Assembly: GCF_013409065.1 (NCBI RefSeq)
Contig: NZ_JACBZP010000001.1
Coordinates: 2,776,518 to 2,800,517, forward strand
Direction: 5' to 3'
Source of the DNA: Spelaeicoccus albus
GTDB lineage: Bacteria; Actinomycetota; Actinomycetes; Actinomycetales; Brevibacteriaceae
DNA length: 24,000 bases
Part shown: one piece after another, positions 9,534 to 17,352 of the stretch
Layout of the letters: each line of letters starts with the position of its first letter
Position numbering within the stretch: the first letter of the stretch is position 1
Notes under the pieces: generated by a model
Told to the model about the DNA's origin: nothing
The model's input: the letters and a program-made list of their open reading frames with translations, nothing else
Databases searched by the model: none
Position numbers and translations under genes: made by a program

Positions 9534-10786
9534 GACACGTGCCTTTCCGTCGTCGACAGGTCGAGGGTATGTCCGAGCCTGTCGTGCTTTGTCTTGAGAT
9601 AGCGAAGATTCTCGGCCGTCACGTGGGCGGGCGTCCGGGCGACTTCGGCTACGTCGATCCCATCGGCGCGGAGCGTCCCTGCCTTGGCCGGGTTGTGCGT
9701 GAGCAACCGGATCCTCGTCGTGCCGAGGTCGCGGAGCATTGCCGATGCGGCGTGGTACTGACGAGAGTCGACCGGCAGGCCGAGCTCGGTGTTGGCATCG
9801 ACGGTGTCGAGCCCGGCGTCCTGCAGCGCATAGGCCTGGAGCTTGGCGAACAGGCCGATGCCGCGTCCCTCATGGCCGCGCAAGTAGACCACGGCGCCGC
9901 GGCCGAGTGCGGCGATCTCGGCCAACGCCGTGTCCAACTGCGCTCCGCAGTCGCACCGACGCGAGCCGAACACGTCGCCGGTGAGGCATTCCGAATGCAC
10001 GCGGACGGTTGTAGGCTCCGCCGATTCGGTCTCGAGGCCGAGGGTGATGGCCAGATGTTCGTCACCGGTTGACTGGTCGACGTACGCCGTCGCCTGGAAC
10101 GTCGTGGCCGGATTGCCGGCGGACGACGGCAGCGGCACCGTTGCGCCCCGGCGCAACGGCGATTCGACCCGATAGCGATGGGCGACCAGGTCGGCGATGG
10201 AGATCATCGCCAAGCCGTGCTCGTTGGCAAATTCGCGCGTGCTCGGCGCGTCCATGATCGAGCCGTCGTCGTTCGTCAGCTCGCCGATGACGCCGGCCGG
10301 TACGAGGCCGGCCAGCCGGGTGAGATCGACTGCCGCTTCCGTGTGGCCGCGCCGCTCGAACACGCCGTGCTGAGCGGCGCGAAGGGGGAAGACGTGGCCC
10401 GGCCGGGTAAGGTCGTGCGGATCGGTGTCGTCGGAGGCCAGCAGGTTGGCGGTGCGAGCGCGATCGGCTGCCGAGATCCCGGTGGTGATCCCGGCTCGGG
10501 CATCGACCGATACCGAATAGGCGGTGCCCTTCGGGTCTTCGTTGGCAGCGGTCATGGGCGGCAGCGCCAGGGCATCGAGCCGGCCGCCGGGCAACGGCGC
10601 GCAAAGGACGCCGGACGTGTACCGGATGAGGAATGCCACGGTCTCCGGAGTGGCCAGCTGCGCCGAGAGAATGAGATCGCCCTCGTTCTCGCGCCCGGCG
10701 TCGTCGACTACGGCGACGGGCTTCCCCGCGGCCAGGCTCGCCAAGGCGTCGTCCACGGTGTCCAACCGGACGTCGTCGGCCGTCAT
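9530..10786 (-). CDS. ribBA: Bifunctional 3,4-dihydroxy-2-butanone-4-phosphate synthase / GTP cyclohydrolase II
   Basis: Start is taken at the internal ATG 10786 ([39 protein letters not shown]...), which overlaps the ribE stop (ATGA). The GCHII part is [18 protein letters not shown]. The upstream 288 codons of the 706-aa track ORF are Arg/Pro-rich read-through over ribE/ribD. Confidence 0.95.
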   Translation of the reverse strand: MTADDVRLDTVDDALASLAAGKPVAVVDDAGRENEGDLILSAQLATPETVAFLIRYTSGVLCAPLPGGRLDALALPPMTAANEDPKGTAYSVSVDARAGITTGISAADRARTANLLASDDTDPHDLTRPGHVFPLRAAQHGVFERRGHTEAAVDLTRLAGLVPAGVIGELTNDDGSIMDAPSTREFANEHGLAMISIADLVAHRYRVESPLRRGATVPLPSSAGNPATTFQATAYVDQSTGDEHLAITLGLETESAEPTTVRVHSECLTGDVFGSRRCDCGAQLDTALAEIAALGRGAVVYLRGHEGRGIGLFAKLQAYALQDAGLDTVDANTELGLPVDSRQYHAASAMLRDLGTTRIRLLTHNPAKAGTLRADGIDVAEVARTPAHVTAENLRYLKTKHDRLGHTLDLSTTERHVS

Positions 10787-11376
10787 GACCGTGCTCCCAG
10801 CGACTCGATGTATTTGGCGAGGATATCCACTTCGAGATTGCAGATGTCGCCGGCGTCGCGGGCGCCCAGTGTCGTCTCGCTCAACGTTGTGGGAATCAGG
10901 CCGACGTCGAACCCGTCGGCAGTGACATGCGCGACCGTCAATGACACGCCGTCCACCGTTACGGAGCCCTTCTCGGCAATATACCGCCGGAGTTCGGCAG
11001 GAACGTCGAACGTGACGGTATCCCAGTTCTCGGCGCTCTGCCGGGAACGCAACATCGCGACGCCGTCCACGTGCCCCTGCACGATATGCCCGCCCAGCCG
11101 TTGGCCGACGGCGACGGCGCGCTCGAGGTTCACGCCGGAGCCCTCGGCCAGGCTGCCGAGGCTCGACCGGTCGAGCGATTCCTTCATCACGTCGACGCTG
11201 AACGAGGTCGGCGTGAAGTCGGTGACCGTGAGACAGACGCCGTTGACCGCAATGGAGTCGCCGTGTTTTGTGTCGTCGGTGACGGCGGCGCATTCGATGG
11301 TCATCCGGGCGCTGTCGCCGGCCTGCGAGTCGATCCGTCGGACGCGTCCGACTTCTTCTACTATTCCGGTGAACAC
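10783..11376 (-). CDS. ribE: Riboflavin synthase (alpha chain)
   Basis: 197 aa beginning (M)FTGIVEEVG, with the duplicated lumazine-binding repeat (GDSIAVNGVCLTV / GSVTVDGVSLTV). GTG start at 11376 directly abuts the ribD stop. Confidence 0.95.
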   Translation of the reverse strand: MFTGIVEEVGRVRRIDSQAGDSARMTIECAAVTDDTKHGDSIAVNGVCLTVTDFTPTSFSVDVMKESLDRSSLGSLAEGSGVNLERAVAVGQRLGGHIVQGHVDGVAMLRSRQSAENWDTVTFDVPAELRRYIAEKGSVTVDGVSLTVAHVTADGFDVGLIPTTLSETTLGARDAGDICNLEVDILAKYIESLGARS

Positions 11377-12450
11377 TTAAGCAATGCCTTCCTGTGAAAC
11401 GGTGCGTGGTAGGTAAGTCAGGCGGACGTCGTCGCCGATGGGCGCTACATCGTGCAAGCGCCAGCGGGACGCGTCCCGCAGTGTGCCGACGCCGATGTCG
11501 CCGATGAGGGGCCGGCCTGTCCCCAAGAGCGTCGGGGCCACGTAGACGACGATCCTGTCGATCAGGCCGCGTGCCAGAAACTCGCCGGCAACGGTGGGGC
11601 CGCCTTCGAGAAGGGCTCCGCGGTGGCCGCGTGCGTACAAGTCGGCGCATAGTCGATCGAGATCGACGCGGCCGGCCGGATCGGCGCCGAACTCGTCGGT
11701 CGTGCCGATCAAGGTCGGTGCCCGGCCATTGCGGACATTTGCTTCCGGCGGGGTGCGGCCCGAGGAATCAATGACGACGCGCAGGGGCTGGTCGGGCAGT
11801 TCGCGGCCGTCCGGGCCGCGCCGGGTGAGCCGCGGATCGTCGTGCAGCACGGTGCCGATACCCGCGATGACGGCGTCCGCGCGACGCCGCAAGGTTTGGG
11901 CGTCCTGACGTGACGCCTCGCTCGAGATCCATTGCGAGGTGCCGTCGGCTGCCGCAATCCGCCCGTCGAGGGTGGCAGCGGCTTTGTAGGTGACGTGAAT
12001 CCGCTTGGTCTCTTCGGCGATCAGCCATTCGTGATTGGCCTCGCGCGCTTCGGTCTCGCGGACGCCGCGCCGGACGGCGACGCCATGGGCCTCGAGCTGG
12101 TCGCCGCCGCCGGAATGGATCGGATCGGCAACGGCGAAGGCCACGGAGTCAATGCCGGCATCCAGCAGTGCCTGCGTGCACGGGGGAGTGCGGCCTTGGT
12201 GGCGGCACGGTTCGAGAGTGACGACTGCCGTGCCGCCGCGTGCGCGGTCTCCGGCGTTGCGCAGTGCGACGACTTCGGCGTGATCGCTGCCGGCGCGCGC
12301 GTGATATCCGCTGCCGACGACGTTCCCGTCGGCGTCCAGGATCACGGCGCCGACGCGCGGGTTCGGCGCGGTCAGCCCGGCTCCGCGGCGAGATTCGTCG
12401 ACAGCCTGCATCATTGCCGCGTCGATAGCGGTCCGGCCGGCCGGCGTCAT
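11377..12450 (-). CDS. ribD: Bifunctional diaminohydroxyphosphoribosylaminopyrimidine deaminase / 5-amino-6-(5-phosphoribosylamino)uracil reductase
   Basis: 357 aa with the CMP/dCMP deaminase zinc motif (HAEVVAL ... TLEPCRHQGRTPPC) and a C-terminal reductase domain. The ATG at 12450 is preceded by AAGGGGAAG. Confidence 0.95.
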   Translation of the reverse strand: MTPAGRTAIDAAMMQAVDESRRGAGLTAPNPRVGAVILDADGNVVGSGYHARAGSDHAEVVALRNAGDRARGGTAVVTLEPCRHQGRTPPCTQALLDAGIDSVAFAVADPIHSGGGDQLEAHGVAVRRGVRETEAREANHEWLIAEETKRIHVTYKAAATLDGRIAAADGTSQWISSEASRQDAQTLRRRADAVIAGIGTVLHDDPRLTRRGPDGRELPDQPLRVVIDSSGRTPPEANVRNGRAPTLIGTTDEFGADPAGRVDLDRLCADLYARGHRGALLEGGPTVAGEFLARGLIDRIVVYVAPTLLGTGRPLIGDIGVGTLRDASRWRLHDVAPIGDDVRLTYLPRTVSQEGIA

Positions 12451-12650
12451 GCGCTTCCCCTTACCGCCCGGGGTGCGCGAGCATTCGCGGTCGTCGACGG
12501 ACGACGGCGCGGTGCCGTGTGCTTCCTCCCATCCGGACTTTCACCGTCGGTTTCGGAATTTCACCGAATCAACCGTCCCGTATCGGGAGCGGGTCGCGGA
12601 CTATCACCGCCGGCTCGGATTTTCACCGACCCCGGAGCACTCTGCTTTCC
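12451..12650 (-). promoter_or_regulatory. FMN riboswitch (RFN element; aptamer ~12515-12650) plus expression platform in the ribD leader
   Basis: The minus-strand RNA contains the RFN hallmarks CUCCGGGGUCGGUGAAAAUCCGAGCCGGCGGUGAUAGUCCGCGACCCG ... GGUUGAUUCGGUGAAAUUCCGAAACCGACGGUGAAAGUCCGGAUGGGAGGAAGCAC. Confidence 0.9.
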
Positions 12651-12671
12651 ACGATACCCCGAATCGTCGAA

Positions 12672-12724
12672 GGGTGAATAGATGCCCGGTTACCGGCCGC
12701 CGGTAACCGGGCATCTATTCACCC
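12672..12724 (-). terminator. Perfect 25-bp-stem hairpin at the 3' end of the permease gene; copy 2 of the repeated palindromic element
   Basis: GGGTGAATAGATGCCCGGTTACCGG-ccg-CCGGTAACCGGGCATCTATTCACCC. The right arm contains the last codons and the TAG stop (12715-12717) of the permease CDS. Confidence 0.6.
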
Positions 12725-14088
12725 GTCGACGTGGTGGCAGGGCGGTGTCGACGGATCGCCAGGCTCGCCAGTCCGATCAGCAGCCAGACGCCGGCAATGA
12801 TGAGGGCCAAATGGCTGGCCAGAGCGAGTACCGCCACGATGATGGCGATGCCGATGAGGGGGATGACGAGATGGCGGACGGGCCGCGTCGTGCGTTTGCC
12901 GACGATGTAGTACCCGATCACTGACACATGGAGGAAGACGAATGCCGTGAGTGCGCCGACCGTGACCATTGACGACAACAGGTCGAGGCCGTCGGGGCGG
13001 ACCGCGGCGGCGACGGCGATGACGATCGTGGCGGCCGCCGAAACGACTATGGCAACCCGCGGCGTGTGGCTGCGCGGGCTGATTTTGGCAAGGGCGCCCG
13101 GAAGCTGACCGTCCCGGGCCATTCCGTACATCAGCCTGCTGACGGCCGCTTGGGCGACAAGCGCCGAGAAGACGGGGCCGACAGCCTTGGTGATGGTGAC
13201 TGTCGTGCCGAACCAGCCGCCGATCGAGGACGAAAGCATGCTGTAGAACGCCGTTCCCTGGTCGGCCGGATGCGCGGTCAATTCCTGCGGCGTGGTGTGG
13301 ATCAACAAACTGCCCAGATAGGTCTGAGCCACGAAGAGCAGTCCGGCCAGACCAAGACAAAACAGAAGTGCCTGCCCGACTTGCTTCGTCGACCCGGTGG
13401 TCTCTTCGGCGAAGCTGGCGATCGCATCGAACCCGAGAAATGCCAGCACTGCGACCGAGACGGCCCCGATGATTCCCGCCGGCTCGAACCCGTGGAAGCC
13501 GATCAAGGGGGACAGCCATGGGCGCGCCGGACCCTGTGCGGCGATGACGATGACTGCCGCGACGGTGAACGCCGCCAGCACAACTATCTCGATGCCCACC
13601 ATCACCAGCCCGACGGTGGCGGCGAGTTTCACGCCGCCCAGATTGAGGCCGGTAATGATGATGATGCCAATCACCGTGAACAGCCAGACCGGAACACTCG
13701 GGATCAGTGCGTGGCTGGCGATTCCGGTGAACAGCGCGGCCATGCTGGGGATGAACAGGTAGTCGAGACCGATCATCCACCCGGCGATGAAACCGGGAGC
13801 GCGCCCGAGACCGGCAGTGGCGTAGGCGAACACCGACCCGGCCAGCGGTACGGCCCCCGACATTCGTGCATACGACCAGGCGGTGAACGCCATGGCAACT
13901 GTCGCAATGATGAAAACCAGTCCGACGGCGCCGTGGCTGCGGGCGTCGAGCACCCCGAAAGTGCCCATCGGTGCGGTCGGGCCGATGAACAACAGGCCGT
14001 AGACGACGAGGTCGCGGAGCGACAGGCTCCGCTTCAGTCGCGGCGCACCGGCGGGACCCGAGGCGGAATCGTCCTTGGCAGTGCGCAC
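12715..14088 (-). CDS. APC-superfamily amino acid/polyamine permease (PuuP-like)
   Basis: 457 aa, highly hydrophobic with about 12 predicted TM stretches. The N-terminus (RSLSLRDLVVYGLLFIGPTAPMGTFG) is typical of APC permeases. The start is GTG at 14088. Confidence 0.9.
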   Translation of the reverse strand: MRTAKDDSASGPAGAPRLKRSLSLRDLVVYGLLFIGPTAPMGTFGVLDARSHGAVGLVFIIATVAMAFTAWSYARMSGAVPLAGSVFAYATAGLGRAPGFIAGWMIGLDYLFIPSMAALFTGIASHALIPSVPVWLFTVIGIIIITGLNLGGVKLAATVGLVMVGIEIVVLAAFTVAAVIVIAAQGPARPWLSPLIGFHGFEPAGIIGAVSVAVLAFLGFDAIASFAEETTGSTKQVGQALLFCLGLAGLLFVAQTYLGSLLIHTTPQELTAHPADQGTAFYSMLSSSIGGWFGTTVTITKAVGPVFSALVAQAAVSRLMYGMARDGQLPGALAKISPRSHTPRVAIVVSAAATIVIAVAAAVRPDGLDLLSSMVTVGALTAFVFLHVSVIGYYIVGKRTTRPVRHLVIPLIGIAIIVAVLALASHLALIIAGVWLLIGLASLAIRRHRPATTSTGE

Positions 14089-14097
14089 GCGCGCAGT

Positions 14098-14262
14098 TTA
14101 CCTGCTGATCAGGCCCGCGCTGTCATGGGCGACGATGCTGCGTTCGCGATCATTCATCCTGCCGACGACCGGCCATCCGGCCAATTTGCTTCGGCGGATA
14201 TCGATGATCTTGCGGCCGGCGATTTCAACGGTGATGAGGGATTTGGACTTCGAGTGAGCCAT
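14098..14262 (-). CDS. Small hypothetical protein (54 aa), not in the supplied ORF track
   Basis: The ATG at 14262 lies 5 nt after AAGGAG and 2 nt after the regulator's TAA. Translation is MAHSKSKSLITVEIAGRKIIDIRRSKLAGWPVVGRMNDRERSIVAHDSAGLISR*. Third codon positions are strongly G/C-biased, as in neighbouring genes. The TAA stop at 14100-14098 lies 9 nt before the permease GTG, in the same frame. Confidence 0.5.
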   Translation of the reverse strand: MAHSKSKSLITVEIAGRKIIDIRRSKLAGWPVVGRMNDRERSIVAHDSAGLISR

Positions 14263-14264
14263 TT

Positions 14265-14882
14265 TTACTCCTTATTACTCTTTGGGTGGTCTGCGGTGTT
14301 TTGGGACGGACGATGGACAAGGCGGGAGAATCCGAAGAACCGGACGAACTCCGCGTCGCCGGGCTTATCCGCCCGCGGCGAGAGACGATCGTCATATTCG
14401 GCCAACAGGTTTTCGACGTCGCGATTGAACTTGGCGCTCTCATCCGGAGTCAGCCACGCGACCCGGGATGCGAAGAGGAGCGATTCGCGCCACTGCCGCG
14501 GTATCAGCCGGCGTTCCGTCACCCACTGACTCAGCCTGGTCGATTCGTGGATGGCGGTGGCCTCGTCGAAAGCGTCGCCGGCGGCGCTTCCGGACTCGTC
14601 GTCCGTGGGATCGACCCAGACGGCGCGTTCAACTCGGCGCCACGGGCGTTCTTTGCCTTCGCGCCCAGCAGCTTCGACAAATCCGTGTTTGGCCAGGGTG
14701 CGCAAATGGAATGAGCAGTTTTGCGGGCTTTCGCCGACCAGCGGGGCGCACTCGGTGGCGGTCGCCGTGTCCCGCGCCGCGAGGACCTCGAGCAGGGCCA
14801 GACGTACCGGATGGCTGAGTGCCCGGATGTCCTTCGGATCGCGCGCGTGGCGCTGCTTTCCGGAGCCTGGGTCGTCTGTCAT
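14265..14882 (-). CDS. ArsR-like winged-helix transcriptional regulator with a ~100-aa C-terminal domain
   Basis: 205 aa with N-terminal wHTH IRALSHPVRLALLEVLAARDTATATECAPLVGESPQNCSFHLRTLAKHGFVE. It is the first gene of the regulator / small ORF / permease string. Confidence 0.8.
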   Translation of the reverse strand: MTDDPGSGKQRHARDPKDIRALSHPVRLALLEVLAARDTATATECAPLVGESPQNCSFHLRTLAKHGFVEAAGREGKERPWRRVERAVWVDPTDDESGSAAGDAFDEATAIHESTRLSQWVTERRLIPRQWRESLLFASRVAWLTPDESAKFNRDVENLLAEYDDRLSPRADKPGDAEFVRFFGFSRLVHRPSQNTADHPKSNKE

Positions 14883-14888
14883 GCTTCA

Positions 14889-14928
14889 ATGATAAAACGC
14901 GAAAGAACTCTTTCGAAACAATTCTTTC
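14889..14928 (-). promoter_or_regulatory. Candidate leaderless promoter (-10 TATCAT) with overlapping palindromic operator CGAAAGA-AC-TCTTTCG
   Basis: The minus-strand TATCAT (14894..14889) ends 6 nt before the regulator ATG (14882). A perfect 7-bp-arm palindrome at 14900-14915 covers the spacer and -35 position. A second, imperfect GAAAcAATTcTTTC lies at 14915-14928. Confidence 0.35.
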
Positions 14929-15083
14929 ATGAGTTCGGTCACAGGACGGCAATTCGGCGAGATCCGTTTTTCGATTCGACTGTCATCGAGCCGCGCTGTC
15001 CGACCCGGCAAGGCCGCGTAGATGCCAACGGCTCGAACCTCGACCGACAGCGAAGGTGGGCAAGGGTCCGAGCCTGGTGAGTG

Positions 15084-15160
15084 TGGTGGGCCCAGAGGGA
15101 CTCGAACCCCCGACATCCACGGTGTAAACGTGGCGCTCTAACCAACTGAGCTATAGGCCC
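15084..15160 (-). tRNA. tRNA-Val (anticodon UAC), CCA encoded
   Basis: The minus strand reads GGGCCTATAGCTCAGTTGGTTAGAGCGCCACGTTTACACCGTGGATGTCGGGGGTTCGAGTCCCTCTGGGCCCACCA. It folds by hand into a 7/4/5/5 cloverleaf with anticodon loop TTTACAC and T-loop TTCGAGT. Confidence 0.95.
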
Positions 15161-15352
15161 GCATCTGTGCGGTGTCGACCGAGTGGCTCTCATGCGCAGG
15201 CGACGATTGATTGTTCCATATTATCCGGCGTCGCGGCTACTCGAACTTCGCCGTTGACCGGCTTTCGGCGACGATCTAGCCTGAAAGCAACGAGTCGAAG
15301 CGGCCCGCGTGACGCGTGTGGGAGTGGCTATGGCACAGGGTGGGACGTGACC

Positions 15353-16498
15353 ATGGACTTCGGCTTCAGCTCAGACCAAGAGACCTTCCGAGCAAGTGTC
15401 CGCGAGTTCGCCCGGAGCACACTGGCCCCGCATGACGCCGAGGACGACGTGAACGGCGCCATGCGCCCGGAGATGCCCCGCCAAATGGCGAACATCGGCT
15501 TGACCGGCCTTCGTATTCCGGACAAGTACGGCGGGCAGGGCGCCGGCGCCCTCGAGGTCGGCATTGCTGCCGAAGAGGTCGCCCGCGCCGATCTGAACGC
15601 CTGTTACCTGATCGTCAATTCCACTCTCGTCAGTGAGATCATGCTCGGCGCGGCCGACGCTGACCAATGCCGTCGGTGGCTGCCCTCGATCGCCGACGGC
15701 AGTACCATTCCGGCGCTCGTGCTCACCGAGCCCGAACACGGATCGGATGCGGCGAGCCTGACCGTGAAAGCCGAGCCGGACGCCGGCGGATGGCGACTCA
15801 CCGGCGAGAAGACGTCCATCACCATGGGCATGTACGCCGACGTCGGCGTCGTCCTTGCGCGAACCGGGAATGCCGGGCCATCCGGCGTCAGCGCGTTCAT
15901 CGTCGACTTGGACGACGGGCACATCACCCGCTCGGTGTTCGACGATCTCGGCAACAGACCGATCGGCAGGGCCTCCATCTACTTTGACGGAATGCCAGTG
16001 CCCCGCGACGGCTTGCTCGGCGCCGAAGGCAGCGGATTCACCTCGGCCATGCGCGGCTTCGACTACTCCCGCGCGGTCATGGCCCTGGCGTGCCTCGGGA
16101 CCGCGGCGGCCGCGCTGGACGACGCAATCGGTTACGCCCGGATTCGCACTGCCTTCGGCGCGCCGATCGGCACGAACGAAGGCGTCGCGTTCCCGCTCGT
16201 TGAATGCGCCACGCGCCTGCGCGCGGCACGACTGCTCTGCTATGAAGCGCTGTGGCGCAAGGATCAGGGCATGCCGCACACCGTTGAAGCGAACATGGTC
16301 AAGTGGCTTGCCCCGAAGCTCGCCGTCGAGATCGTCCATCAGTCGCTTTTGACGTTCGGGCATACCGGATATTCGTCGGACAATCCGCAAGGTCGCAGGC
16401 TGCGCGACGTGATTGGCCTCGAGATCGGCGACGGCACCGCACAGATCACCAAGCTCGTAGTGGCACGCAATCTCCTCGGACGCGCAGCCGCACCGTGA
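15353..16498 (+). CDS. Acyl-CoA dehydrogenase family flavoprotein (atypical: Asp at the catalytic-base position)
   Basis: Start is at the internal ATG 15353 (MDFGFSSDQETFRASVREFA...). Upstream track codons overlap the tRNA region. ACAD-typical segments are LTEPEHGSDAASL and the C-terminal RLRDVIGLEIGDGTAQITKLVVAR. Confidence 0.9.
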   Translation: MDFGFSSDQETFRASVREFARSTLAPHDAEDDVNGAMRPEMPRQMANIGLTGLRIPDKYGGQGAGALEVGIAAEEVARADLNACYLIVNSTLVSEIMLGAADADQCRRWLPSIADGSTIPALVLTEPEHGSDAASLTVKAEPDAGGWRLTGEKTSITMGMYADVGVVLARTGNAGPSGVSAFIVDLDDGHITRSVFDDLGNRPIGRASIYFDGMPVPRDGLLGAEGSGFTSAMRGFDYSRAVMALACLGTAAAALDDAIGYARIRTAFGAPIGTNEGVAFPLVECATRLRAARLLCYEALWRKDQGMPHTVEANMVKWLAPKLAVEIVHQSLLTFGHTGYSSDNPQGRRLRDVIGLEIGDGTAQITKLVVARNLLGRAAAP

Positions 16499-16541
16499 CG
16501 GACGTCGCCGTGCGGACCGCAATTGCAGAAAGGTCGGAACA

Positions 16542-17273
16542 ATGTCGAGGCAGCTGGCAATAGTGACCGGCGCGGGTTCGGGCATCGGCCGCGCCATTGC
16601 GTGGAAATTCGCCGATGCGGGCTACCAGGTGGTCGGTGCAGATCTCAACGACGATGCGGCGGCCGAATCCGCCGCCAAGTACCCCGACATGATGACCGCC
16701 GAGCACGTGGACGTCGCGGACGCCGAATCCGTCACCTCGCTCTGCCGTGCCGTGACCGCTATCGGGACGCCGGCGACAATCGTTAACGCGGCAGGCTGGG
16801 ACAGAACCGACAAATTCATCAACGAGGACGCCGAATTCGCCCGGAAAGTGGTCGAGATTAACTACCTCGGTCCCGTGGCCATGTGCCGGGAATTCGCCCG
16901 AGTCATGATCGATGCCGGACGCGGCGGACGCATCGTCAACATTGCCAGCGACGCCGGCCGCGTCGGAAGCGCGGGGGAGACCATCTACGCCGGCGCCAAG
17001 GGCGGCGTCATTGCATTCACCAAGTCCTTGGCGCGCGAACTGGCTCGAGACGGTATCAACGTCAACTGCGTGTGCCCCGGCCCGACCGACACGCCCTTGT
17101 TCGCCGCGCAGCCGGAGCATTTGCGCCAAGCGCTCATCAAATCGATACCGTTCCGACGAGTGGCCGAACCGTCGGAAATCGCGGACGCCGTATATTTCTT
17201 CGCGTCGCCGGCATCCCGCTACGTGACGGGGCAGATCCTCAGCGTCGATGGCGGGCTGACCATGGCGGGGTGA
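16542..17273 (+). CDS. Short-chain dehydrogenase/reductase, BadH-like (2-hydroxyacyl-CoA dehydrogenase type)
   Basis: 243 aa with TGAGSGIGRA cofactor motif, NAAGWD, catalytic S...YAGAKGG, VCPGPTDTPL and C-terminal TGQILSVDGGLTMAG. Confidence 0.9.
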   Translation: MSRQLAIVTGAGSGIGRAIAWKFADAGYQVVGADLNDDAAAESAAKYPDMMTAEHVDVADAESVTSLCRAVTAIGTPATIVNAAGWDRTDKFINEDAEFARKVVEINYLGPVAMCREFARVMIDAGRGGRIVNIASDAGRVGSAGETIYAGAKGGVIAFTKSLARELARDGINVNCVCPGPTDTPLFAAQPEHLRQALIKSIPFRRVAEPSEIADAVYFFASPASRYVTGQILSVDGGLTMAG

Positions 17274-17311
17274 GAATCCGACGAAATCCGATGAAATCCG
17301 ATGAATTCCGA
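17272..17311. repeat. Four tandem 10-bp direct repeats (nGAAATCCGA) in the SDR-crotonase intergenic spacer
   Basis: gagaatccga / cgaaatccga / tgaaatccga / tgaattccga, starting one base after the T of the SDR TGA stop. A purine-rich GACGA-type tract follows, up to the ATG at 17353. Confidence 0.85.
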
Positions 17312-17352
17312 GGACGCGAACCGACGGACGAGGAGACGAGGGGACGACAACC

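Noticed and set aside
9530-11650. 706-aa ORF suggesting a giant RibBA with a 288-aa Arg/Pro-rich N-terminal extension
   Set aside because: The extension overlaps ribE and ribD in another frame, has non-protein-like composition (RRRP runs), and the canonical RibBA N-terminus starts at the ATG at 10786, which overlaps the ribE stop. It is a typical high-GC open-frame artefact.
12719-14529. 353-aa minus-strand and 487-aa plus-strand ORFs overlapping the permease gene
   Set aside because: They are frame-shifted shadows of a membrane-protein gene. The sequences are Arg/His/Gly/Asp-rich and lack any TM or domain signature, whereas the 457-aa frame gives a textbook APC permease.
15030-15052. tRNA T-arm-like sequence (GGTTCGAGCC on the minus strand) ~40 nt downstream of tRNA-Val, a possible att-site remnant of an integrated element
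   Set aside because: Similarity to the tRNA 3' half is limited to ~8 contiguous bases plus scattered matches, and the flanking stem does not pair. No integrase or other mobile genes are nearby.
15167-15352. 62-codon N-terminal extension of the acyl-CoA dehydrogenase ORF
   Set aside because: The extension begins within a few bases of the tRNA-Val gene and has no ACAD-like sequence. The canonical MDFGFSSDQE N-terminus starts at 15353.
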